Positions 1 through 8,388 of a DNA stretch of 32,000 nucleotides are shown one piece after another. Position numbers and translations under genes: made by a program. Below the pieces are notes generated by a model. That model was given only the letters and a program-made list of their open reading frames with translations, was not told the DNA's origin and ran no database searches. This stretch comes from Synechocystis sp. PCC 6803 substr. PCC-P (GTDB taxonomy: Bacteria > Cyanobacteriota > Cyanobacteriia > Cyanobacteriales > Microcystaceae). Position 1 is the first letter of the stretch; each line of letters starts with the position of its first letter. Where the stretch lies: contig NC_017039.1 of assembly GCF_000284455.1 (NCBI RefSeq), positions 510,001 through 542,000 of the forward strand, read 5' to 3'.

Positions 1-2612
1 CCCCCGATAAAGGCAATGTGGGCACAGCGGCCTATCTGGACGTGTTTGGCTCCATCTATGAAGTGATGAAAGGCCTCCAGGGCAACGGCTACGATGTGCA
101 AGATTTACCCGGTTCCGCCAAGGAATTAATGGAAGCGGTCATCCACGATGCCCAAGCCCAATACAACAGCCCAGAATTAAACATCGCCCATCGCATGTCG
201 GTGGAGCAGTATGAACGCCTGACCCCCTACTCGGTGCGGTTGGAGGAAAATTGGGGCAAACCCCCCGGACATCTGAACAGCGACGGGCAAAATTTACTGA
301 TCTACGGTAAGGAATTCGGTAACGTCTTCATCGGTGTACAACCCACCTTTGGTTACGAAGGGGACCCCATGCGCTTGCTATTCTCCCGTTCCGCCAGTCC
401 CCATCACGGTTTTGCCGCTTACTACACCTATTTGAACCACATTTGGAAAGCCGATGCGGTATTACATTTCGGCACCCACGGTTCTTTGGAATTTATGCCC
501 GGTAAACAGATGGGCATGTCCGGGGAATGCTATCCCGATAATTTGATTGGCACCATTCCCAACTTGTACTACTACGCCGCCAACAATCCTTCTGAAGCTA
601 CCATCGCCAAACGGCGGGGTTATGCGTCCACCATTTCCTACTTGACCCCTCCCGCAGAAAATGCCGGTTTATACAAAGGTTTGCAGGAGTTAAACGAGCT
701 AATTGGCTCCTACCAAACCCTGAAGGATTCCGGCCGGGGCATCCAGATTGTTAATACCATCATGGACCAGGCCCGCATCTGTAACCTTGACCAAGATGTC
801 AATTTGCCCGACATCAACGCCGAGGAAATGGATCAAGGTCAGCGGGATACCATTGTCGGTTCCGTTTACCGCAAGCTGATGGAAATTGAGTCTAGGCTCC
901 TGCCCTGTGGTCTCCATGTCATTGGCCAGCCCCCAAGCGCCGAAGAGGCGATCGCCACCCTGGTAAACATTGCCAGTTTGGACCGGGAAGATGAAGGCAT
1001 TTGGGCTTTGCCTACCCTGATTGCGGAAAGCATCGGGCGCAATATGGAGGAAATTTACCGCAACAGTGACAAGGGGATTTTGGCCGACGTGGAATTGTTG
1101 CAAGACATTACCCTAGCTACCAGGGCTGCTGTGGCCGCTCTGGTACAGGAACAAATTAATGCCGACGGTCGAGTTTCCTTTGTTTCCAAGCTGAACTTCT
1201 TCAAAATTGGCAAAAAAGCTCCCTGGGTCAAATCCCTCTGCGATTCCGGCTACCCCAACGTCAATGAAGAAAAACTCAAACCCCTGTTTGAATACCTGGA
1301 ATTCTGTTTGGAACAGGTTTGTGCCGACAACGAATTTGGTGGCCTACTCCAAGCCCTGGAAGGGGAATACGTCCTGCCCGGCCCTGGTGGCGACCCCATC
1401 CGTAACCCCAATGTGTTGCCCACAGGAAAAAATATCCACGCCCTCGATCCCCAATCCATCCCCACCCTGGCCGCTGTCCAATCCGCCAAAGTAGTGGTCG
1501 ATCGCCTGTTGGAACGGCAACGCGCCGAAAATGGTGGTAATTATCCCGAAACCATTGCTTCTGTGCTCTGGGGTACGGATAACATCAAAACCTACGGCGA
1601 ATCCCTGGCCCAAATTATGTGGATGGTGGGAGCCAAACCCGTCCCCGATGCCCTCGGTCGGGTAAATAAAATCGAACTGGTGCCCCTGGAAGAACTGGGT
1701 CGCCCCCGCATTGACGTGGTGGTGAATTGTTCCGGGGTATTCCGGGATCTGTTTATTAACCAAATGAACCTGTTGGATCAAGCGGTGAAACTAGCCGCCG
1801 AAGCCGATGAACCCCTGGAAATGAACTTCGTTCGTAAGCACGCCCTGGAACAGGCAGAAGAGATGGGCATTGGCGTAAGGGAAGCGGCCACCCGGATTTT
1901 CTCCAACGCCTCCGGTTCCTATTCTTCCAACGTCAACTTAGCGGTAGAAAACAGCAGTTGGGAAGATGAGTCGGAATTGCAGGAAATGTACCTCAAACGC
2001 AAGTCCTTCGCTTTCAACTCCGATAACCCCGGCATGATGGACCAAAATCGGGATATGTTCGAGCGGGCTTTGAAAACCGCCGATGCCACATTCCAGAACT
2101 TGGATTCCTCGGAAATTAGCCTCACCGACGTATCCCACTACTTCGACTCCGACCCCACCAAGTTAATTTCCACCCTGCGGGATGACGGCAAAGCCCCCGC
2201 CGCTTACATTGCCGACACCACCACCGCCAACGCTCAGGTACGTACCCTATCGGAAACGGTGCGCCTTGATGCCCGCACGAAATTGCTCAATCCCAAATGG
2301 TACGAAGGGATGCTTTCCCATGGCTACGAAGGGGTGCGGGAACTATCCAAACGGTTAGTCAATACCATGGGCTGGAGTGCCACTGCCGGCGCAGTGGATA
2401 ACTGGGTTTATGAGGATGCCAACAGCACCTTCATCAAAGATGAGGAAATGTGCAAACGGTTAATGGACTTAAACCCCAACTCTTTCCGCCGCATGGTCAG
2501 CACTTTGTTGGAAGTCAATGGCCGCGGCTATTGGGAGACTTCTGATGAAAACTTGGAACGGCTACAGGAACTTTATCAAGAAGTGGAAGACCGCATTGAA
2601 GGGGTTGAATAA
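1..2612 (+). CDS. chlH: Magnesium chelatase H subunit (ChlH, CobN family), C-terminal ~870 aa; the 5' end lies outside the window
   Basis: The reading frame is open from the window edge (frame of position 3: [17 protein letters not shown]...). The GTG at 18 is only the ORF-track start. The long CobN/Mg-chelatase-type sequence ends ...DRIEGVE with a stop at 2610-2612. I recognise it as cyanobacterial ChlH. Confidence 0.95.
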
Positions 2613-2640
2613 CTTCTAAAATCCTGAACTAAGATATAGG

Positions 2641-2664
2641 GGTGGGCTAGGCTCACCTTTTTTA
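2641..2664 (+). terminator. Probable intrinsic terminator of chlH
   Basis: ggtgggc (2641-2647) pairs with gctcacc (2651-2657) in a 7-bp stem that includes one G-U wobble. The loop is tag. A tttttt run (2658-2663) follows, 29 nt after the chlH stop. Confidence 0.6.
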
Positions 2665-2716
2665 TTAGCTTAATAGCCTAACTTTAGATTCGTATAGCAA
2701 GTAAGCAGTAATTCAT

Positions 2717-4735
2717 ATGGAATTAAAAAGTGTTAAATTAAACAAATTTAAAAGATTTGAAAGTGCTGAGCTTAAAACTAATGGTAAGCTTATTGCTCTA
2801 ATTGGAGCCAATGAAAGTGGAAAGACATCTATTCTAGAAGCAATACAATGTTTGGATGATGATAAAGCTTTCTCCGACGTGTTTTTTACTCGTGACCTTT
2901 CCGAACCTGAGCAAGATGAAGTCATTATCGAAGCTACATATATGTTAAGTGAAGAGGACAATGAATCAATCCTCTTTTATGATCCATTACGCGTGGCAAA
3001 GAAATTTTTGATTCTGAAAAGAGCTAATGGAAAACGGAATTTTAAAATTGAGCCTGATATTATATTTAATGACCAATATCGAAAAGAAATAATTAATAAA
3101 ACATTACAGTTTATTGAAAATATATTTTATGAAGATCAAGACTTTGATAACGAACTATTAAATAATATAGTTACTGAAGGCAGAGAAATTATTTTGCAAT
3201 TGCAGACGTCTTTAAATGATAAACGAAATAAGGATCGACACAATGGAGAAAAATGGCAAGTTCCACACGAAGTTCCTAACGTACTGGTGATGGAGGATCA
3301 AAAAAAGTTAGAGTTATGGATTGAGCTTATAGAAGAATTTTTGGACTTTAATCAAGGAACAAACAATGAAAAACACTTAAAAGAATTGTCAGACTCAGCA
3401 AAAAAACTATTAAAATATGAGAACTCATCACTGATAAATGGATCAATCGAGATAATTTACAAGCGACGACCTAAAGCATTACTATTTGATGATGAATCCA
3501 GAAAAATCCCGTCTTTTTTCTCAATAATCACACAAAATACAAATAAAGAAAAAATTGTAGCCAAGCCGGATAAAGCACTAGCAAATTTATTGAAATTAGC
3601 CAAGTTAGATTTGAATGAGTTATTTAAATCTCTTGGAAATTTACAGAAATCACAAATGTTGTTGAATCGAGCAAATCAAACAATAGTAGATTTTTTCAAT
3701 AGCAAATGGAGTCAGTCAAATTCTCAATATCTAAAACTTTACTTGCATGGTAACACATTAAGAATCTCTATAGAGACTAATAAAGGTAGTAGTTTTAATA
3801 TAGACGAAAGAAGTCAAGGCTTCAGGCAATTTGTTGCCCTAACTTGTTTTTTAGAAGTTGAGCATTTAGATGTTTTACCAATTCTACTCATAGATGAAGC
3901 AGAGCTACACTTACACTATGATGCTCAGGTTGATTTAATGAAAGTTTTGGAAAAGCAAAGTATTGCAAAAAAGGTAATTTATACGACTCACTCTATTGGT
4001 TGTTTGCCGGAAGATTTAGGAGTAGGGATCAAACTCGTAGAGACTCAAAGAGAACAATTGGAAAGAAGCATAATTGAAAACAATTTTTGGATTAAATGGA
4101 AGAAAAAAGAATTAGGAATGACTCCTATCCTATTTGGTTTGGGTGCTGCACAAATGTCATATATTGCTATTCGTCCTGCCTTATTTGGTGAAGGAATATC
4201 AGAAGTAATCATATTACCAACCATATTCAGGCAAATTATAAAAAAAGAGAATTTAGGATTTCAAATAATTGGTGGTTTATCTGAGACCAATCAGTACGCA
4301 TTACTTGATGGTCAAGCACCTAAAGTTGTTTATGTAACTGATTATGATAGAGCAGGTGATGAATTCAAAAAAAAGTTAGAAGAGAATGGCATAAATCCAG
4401 AATTTATCAAGCAACTACCAGGAGATGACAACGCATCAGTTTTAGAAGATTTTATTTGTCTTGATCTTTATATTCGTGCAGTTAATGAAGAGTTAAATCA
4501 ACGGAACAAAAATCCACCAAATATTAAATCTGATGATTTTGGAGAAATTAATCGTCCAAAAAATCTAAAGAAATGGTGTCAATTAAAAGGTCTTAGTGAA
4601 CCAACAAAAGTCAATGTACTTTATCGCTTAATAGACTATGCTTATAGTGATGAGCAATCCCAAATTCTTGATTTTAAATATATCGAAAAATTTAAAGAAC
4701 TTTATGAATCAATCATAACAATACTGGAAAGATAA
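2717..4735 (+). CDS. ABC/SMC-type ATPase fused to a C-terminal TOPRIM-like nuclease domain (OLD-family-like, standalone)
   Basis: 672-aa ORF with the following motifs:
- Walker A GANESGKTS, with K36 at nt 2822-2824
- a ~330-aa K/E/N-rich helical insert
- ABC-signature-like ERSQGFRQF
- Walker B ILLIDEAELHLH (D393/E394, nt 3893-3898)
- H-loop YTTHS
- LFGEGISEV (E492, nt 4190-4192) and VYVTDYDRAGD (D542-x-D544, nt 4340-4348), which match the TOPRIM Glu and DxD pattern

The gene is strongly AT-rich relative to its flanks. The function is inferred from motifs only. Confidence 0.65.
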   Translation: MELKSVKLNKFKRFESAELKTNGKLIALIGANESGKTSILEAIQCLDDDKAFSDVFFTRDLSEPEQDEVIIEATYMLSEEDNESILFYDPLRVAKKFLILKRANGKRNFKIEPDIIFNDQYRKEIINKTLQFIENIFYEDQDFDNELLNNIVTEGREIILQLQTSLNDKRNKDRHNGEKWQVPHEVPNVLVMEDQKKLELWIELIEEFLDFNQGTNNEKHLKELSDSAKKLLKYENSSLINGSIEIIYKRRPKALLFDDESRKIPSFFSIITQNTNKEKIVAKPDKALANLLKLAKLDLNELFKSLGNLQKSQMLLNRANQTIVDFFNSKWSQSNSQYLKLYLHGNTLRISIETNKGSSFNIDERSQGFRQFVALTCFLEVEHLDVLPILLIDEAELHLHYDAQVDLMKVLEKQSIAKKVIYTTHSIGCLPEDLGVGIKLVETQREQLERSIIENNFWIKWKKKELGMTPILFGLGAAQMSYIAIRPALFGEGISEVIILPTIFRQIIKKENLGFQIIGGLSETNQYALLDGQAPKVVYVTDYDRAGDEFKKKLEENGINPEFIKQLPGDDNASVLEDFICLDLYIRAVNEELNQRNKNPPNIKSDDFGEINRPKNLKKWCQLKGLSEPTKVNVLYRLIDYAYSDEQSQILDFKYIEKFKELYESIITILER

Positions 4736-4948
4736 TCATATGTATGTATCTCTTCCACTTAATCAAGTATTAAATTTTAAATATCGGACTTTTATTATTC
4801 AAGAAGAAAGATGATTTACAGCACTGATCCCTGGCTTACCCAGTTGTATGACTCAGGGAGAAATGATAGAAGAAAATGAATATAAACAGTCATTGTCAAA
4901 GGCGATCGCCAAATCAACGAGAAAAAGTGATTAAAAGAAGTTATTCTT

Positions 4949-6046
4949 TTATCGTTCCCGAGGGAGAAAATTACGCCAGTGGGGAGGGAGTAGATCGTCA
5001 AAATAAGCTTCCACTAACCGGTAATGTTTTTGGTAAAGTACACCAACAGCAATAATGGCCAAACCGATGGCTGACAGTGCAAAGGGGAACAAAATGGAAT
5101 CGGCAAAGACTTGGAAGGCTAAATAACTGATGTAGCCGAATACCCCAATGACACCAAACACCATAAATAGTCGTCGTTTGAGCAAAATTGATAGGGCCAT
5201 CAGACCTAAATTAATCAGGCAAAAAAACAGTCGGTACCATTCCGTATCCTGCCCTGTGGCCAAGAGACTAAACCAAAAACTAATCAGTCCAAACAGGTAG
5301 AGCCAAAAGCTGTAATCCCCCCGACTGCGCCGCCAGCGCAAATCCACCCCATAGGCGATCGCCAAACAAATAATGCCAAAACCCAGGGTCAGGCGGGCCG
5401 CAGTAATGAAACTGACCGTCTCTCCGTAAATGAGCGGGGGAATATCAATGGAAAGGAACCAGAGGCAGAAGGCAAGGGGGAAGGTGAGGAAAGGAAAGTG
5501 AATAAAGCGCAAAGCCAATAAACTGGCAATAATCGTACCCATGGCCAGGGGGAAACGGCCGCTGATTAACCAGGTGGGTAAATTACGGTACACGGAAGGA
5601 TCTTCAAGGGAAATTAACCCAAAACCCTGTTGCAGTCCGTAAATGGCCAAGGGGGTCATCCAAACAGCAATGGTAATCAATAGGCCGCCGGGCACAGGCA
5701 ATTTTTGCTGAAAATAAAGCCATTGGCCCACTATGATCAGACCCAGTGCATATACCACTGCCACAGTGAATAGACCAAATCCCCCCAGGGCATCCCAAAC
5801 AATGCTACCGAGGAAAACCATGGCCACAATCACAATCAGGGCACCAAAGTAAAAAGCAACGTTGGCAAAGTCGAATCGCAACGGCGGGGAATCACTATTT
5901 TCCCTGGCCCCTTCCATGGCAGGAAAGTCCTTATGTTCTATCCAGGCTTGCCATAATTGTTCGGCTTGCTCTGCGGACAAATAACCCTGTTCTACCGCCC
6001 AGGCTAGGTCTGTTTCGGTAATGTCCATGCCCAAATTTTCCTCCAT
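4949..6046 (-). CDS. Polytopic integral membrane protein of unknown function
   Basis: 365-aa ORF with an ATG start. It has a soluble N-terminal ~50 aa (DLAWAVEQGYLSAEQAEQLWQAW) followed by about 9-10 hydrophobic segments. Its composition is host-like and it contains HIP1 sites. I do not recognise a specific family. Confidence 0.7.
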   Translation of the reverse strand: MEENLGMDITETDLAWAVEQGYLSAEQAEQLWQAWIEHKDFPAMEGARENSDSPPLRFDFANVAFYFGALIVIVAMVFLGSIVWDALGGFGLFTVAVVYALGLIIVGQWLYFQQKLPVPGGLLITIAVWMTPLAIYGLQQGFGLISLEDPSVYRNLPTWLISGRFPLAMGTIIASLLALRFIHFPFLTFPLAFCLWFLSIDIPPLIYGETVSFITAARLTLGFGIICLAIAYGVDLRWRRSRGDYSFWLYLFGLISFWFSLLATGQDTEWYRLFFCLINLGLMALSILLKRRLFMVFGVIGVFGYISYLAFQVFADSILFPFALSAIGLAIIAVGVLYQKHYRLVEAYFDDLLPPHWRNFLPRER

Positions 6047-6189
6047 TGCTCGCCACTGACCTTTTACCGTATCAGGCGATCGCCAGGGATAGGGGATGAC
6101 AACGGGGCAATTCTGGAATTGGAAGAAATTAACGGCGACAATCTGTCTGGGGATGAACCAGAAAATCTAACTAGGATTAGCGGGAGAAC

Positions 6190-6999
6190 TTATTGGTTAA
6201 GTTGCTTTTTGGCCTGCTGCCATAGGGTTTCCAACTCTTCTAATTTGTACTGATCCAACGGGCGATCGGCAAATTTTTCCATCAATTGTAGCCGCTGAAT
6301 AAATCTTTGATTGGTGCCATGGAGAGCCAAGGAAGCGTCGAGATTGTACCAACGGGCCAGGTTGATGAGGGTGAATAATAAATCCCCTAATTCTGCCTGT
6401 TGATGGCCCTTATCCTCCGTGGTCAAAGCCTGTTTAAATTCGGTTAACTCCTCTGTAAACTTAGCCCATACGCCGTCAACATCTGGCCATTCAAAGCCCA
6501 CCGCCGCTGCCTTTTGAGAAATTTTACTACCGGCCATCAGGGGGGGCAACGTACTGTTATAGCGTTCTAATTTGATGCTTAAAAGTGGTGTTTGGTCGGG
6601 GTTTAAACCCTTTTCCTGTGCCTTAATCGTCTGCCAATTGGCTTTCACTTCCTCTGCATCGCTGACTGTTACCTCAGCAAAAACGTGGGGATGGCGACGG
6701 ATAAGTTTGGCGGTAATGCCCTCTGCCACCTGTTGCAAATTGAAGTGTCCTAAATCCTGGGCCACTTGGGCTTGGAGTACCACCTGGAGCAATAAATCCC
6801 CCAATTCCTCGGCGATCGCCGTTTGGTCTTGGCTTTGTAGGGCGTGGACCACTTCGTAGGCTTCTTCCACCACGTAGGGAATTAAACTTTGTTGGGTTTG
6901 GGCTAAATCCCAAGGGCATCCCCCCTTTGGCGATCGCAGTTGGGCCACTACGGCAATTAATTTTTCTAGGGCTTGGAGAATGGGGGCAGTGGCATCCAT
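6190..6999 (-). CDS. mazG: Nucleoside triphosphate pyrophosphohydrolase MazG (tandem MazG domains)
   Basis: 269 aa with an ATG start. The N-terminal LRSPKGGCPWDLAQTQQSL is typical of the family. There are two EEXX(E/D)-type MazG motifs: EEAYEVVHAL...EELGDLLLQV and ELTEFKQAL...ELGDLLFTLINLARW. Confidence 0.9.
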   Translation of the reverse strand: MDATAPILQALEKLIAVVAQLRSPKGGCPWDLAQTQQSLIPYVVEEAYEVVHALQSQDQTAIAEELGDLLLQVVLQAQVAQDLGHFNLQQVAEGITAKLIRRHPHVFAEVTVSDAEEVKANWQTIKAQEKGLNPDQTPLLSIKLERYNSTLPPLMAGSKISQKAAAVGFEWPDVDGVWAKFTEELTEFKQALTTEDKGHQQAELGDLLFTLINLARWYNLDASLALHGTNQRFIQRLQLMEKFADRPLDQYKLEELETLWQQAKKQLNQ

Positions 7000-7128
7000 A
7001 AAAATCAGCAGTTAATCTAACCAATACAACGGGGAATCAGGGGGTAATTTTTGACCGGGCCAAAACTCTCAGATGGGTTAGCAAAGTTTCAGGCCAGGCT
7101 AATTTTCCCCAACTAAGTTAAGCAATCT

Positions 7129-8313
7129 TTAGGAAGCACCGGGGTAAATTCGCCCCCGCCATTGTTTGGGGGTTTGGGAAGCGGAAATGATAATCCGGGT
7201 CACCGCCAACGGATCCGCCAGGGGAGAAAGCCAATAACTCCAGGCTCCTTTTTCTGAAGGTCGGTAATAGGAAGGATAAATGGCCAACAGCATCCCCCAA
7301 CGAACTAAAAGCAAAAAACCATTCAGGGCGATCGCCAAGCGGAGGGTTAAAAAGTCAAAGTCTTCCCCCCAAAGCATCAACAACAGGGAAAAAAACAAAA
7401 TTGGTAAGCCTTGCACCAATAGCAGAAAAATTACCTCTGCCCATAACCGGGCCGGCACCGTTGCATCCTTGAGATCCAGGGAACGGCCCCATTCTCGCCA
7501 GGTTTCGCCAATGCCTTCGTACATTCTCACCCGGATCAAGTTAGCGCCATCCAAAAAGCCCACTCGATAACCCCGTTGGGCCGCCACCCTCGCTAAGGTC
7601 ACATCATCACAAAAAGAACGAGCCGCCAGTTCATAGCCCCCCAAGGCTTCCAACACCAATCGCCGACAGAGAAAACATTGACCATTGGCCATCACCGTTT
7701 CCGGAGCCTGTTCCCTCACCCCAGCGGACTCAAAACGGTATAGCAACGTCATCAGCAAAGCCGGTTGCAGCCACCATTCCCCAGGCGATTGCAAAATAAA
7801 TTGGGGCGATAGGGAAAGAATGTCGTAATTTTCTTCCTCCGCCGCCTGCACGACACTGGCCACTAGCCCCGGTTGGGGTTGGGTATCGGCATCAATGCCC
7901 AAAATCCATTCGCTGGCGGGATCACTGTGCCTAAAGCCATAATTGAGCGCCCAGGGCCGCCCCACCCAGTTATCTGGTAAAGGATCATCGGTCAGCAGTT
8001 GCAAACGGGGATTATCTTTTTGCCTTGCTTGCACCACTGCCTGGGTGCCATCGGTGGAACGACTATCCACCACCAAAATTTCCCTTAATGGTGGCCCCTG
8101 TTGGGCTAAACCAAGCAAACAAGGAGTTACCCGGGCTGCTTCATTTAAAGTTGGCACCACCACGGACACATTGCGAACCCCTTCTTCCGGCAAAAATACC
8201 GGTGCCAATGGCGATCGCCGCCGTGCTCCTTTGACCAAACGGCTGAGCAAAATTAAACTAGCTACCCCCTGGGCCACTAACAACCCCAAGCAGAGTATGG
8301 CAATGATCAGCAT
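7129..8313 (-). CDS. cruG: Family 2 glycosyltransferase with C-terminal membrane segments; possibly the myxoxanthophyll 2'-O-glycosyltransferase CruG
   Basis: 394 aa with an ATG start and an N-terminal TM segment. The GT-A core shows VSVVVPTLNEA, VVDSRSTDGT and GIDADTQP (DxD). Hydrophobic helices follow at the C-terminus. The CruG assignment comes from my memory of the mazG / PAS-kinase neighbourhood in Synechocystis and is not proven by the sequence. The GT2 call is the robust part. Confidence 0.6.
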   Translation of the reverse strand: MLIIAILCLGLLVAQGVASLILLSRLVKGARRRSPLAPVFLPEEGVRNVSVVVPTLNEAARVTPCLLGLAQQGPPLREILVVDSRSTDGTQAVVQARQKDNPRLQLLTDDPLPDNWVGRPWALNYGFRHSDPASEWILGIDADTQPQPGLVASVVQAAEEENYDILSLSPQFILQSPGEWWLQPALLMTLLYRFESAGVREQAPETVMANGQCFLCRRLVLEALGGYELAARSFCDDVTLARVAAQRGYRVGFLDGANLIRVRMYEGIGETWREWGRSLDLKDATVPARLWAEVIFLLLVQGLPILFFSLLLMLWGEDFDFLTLRLAIALNGFLLLVRWGMLLAIYPSYYRPSEKGAWSYWLSPLADPLAVTRIIISASQTPKQWRGRIYPGAS

Positions 8314-8388
8314 TATTTCTGTTTTTAATATGGATGAAGGGGAATTGCCTGCAACAACGGGCCGGAGGAGTCAACGCCAAAGTAGTGA

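Noticed and set aside
699-2138. Several 66-145-aa ORFs antisense to or overlapping chlH (699-1103, 1207-1494, 1250-1489, 1344-1781, 1919-2125, 1938-2138).
   Set aside because: They are all embedded in the strongly supported ChlH reading frame, have low-complexity or odd composition, and carry no motifs.
2713-2961. An 82-aa minus-strand ORF overlapping the 5' end of the ATPase-TOPRIM gene, considered as a possible small partner or antitoxin.
   Set aside because: It is entirely antisense to the Walker A region. Its Ser/Leu-rich, low-complexity product is typical of AT-rich antisense frames. It has no independent start context.
2613-4948. A search for a retron (RT plus ncRNA), a UvrD-like helicase, or a separate TOPRIM protein next to the OLD-like gene.
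   Set aside because: No such ORF is present. The island has room for only one gene, so a Gabija, PARIS or retron-type multi-gene arrangement cannot be claimed.
4816-5001. A 61-aa minus-strand ORF, and a hand-found 28-aa plus-strand ORF (4848-4934), in the right flank of the island.
   Set aside because: The first overlaps the 3' end of the membrane-protein gene in another frame. Neither has a recognisable RBS, motif or length that would support a call, so they are unsupported as partner genes for the island.
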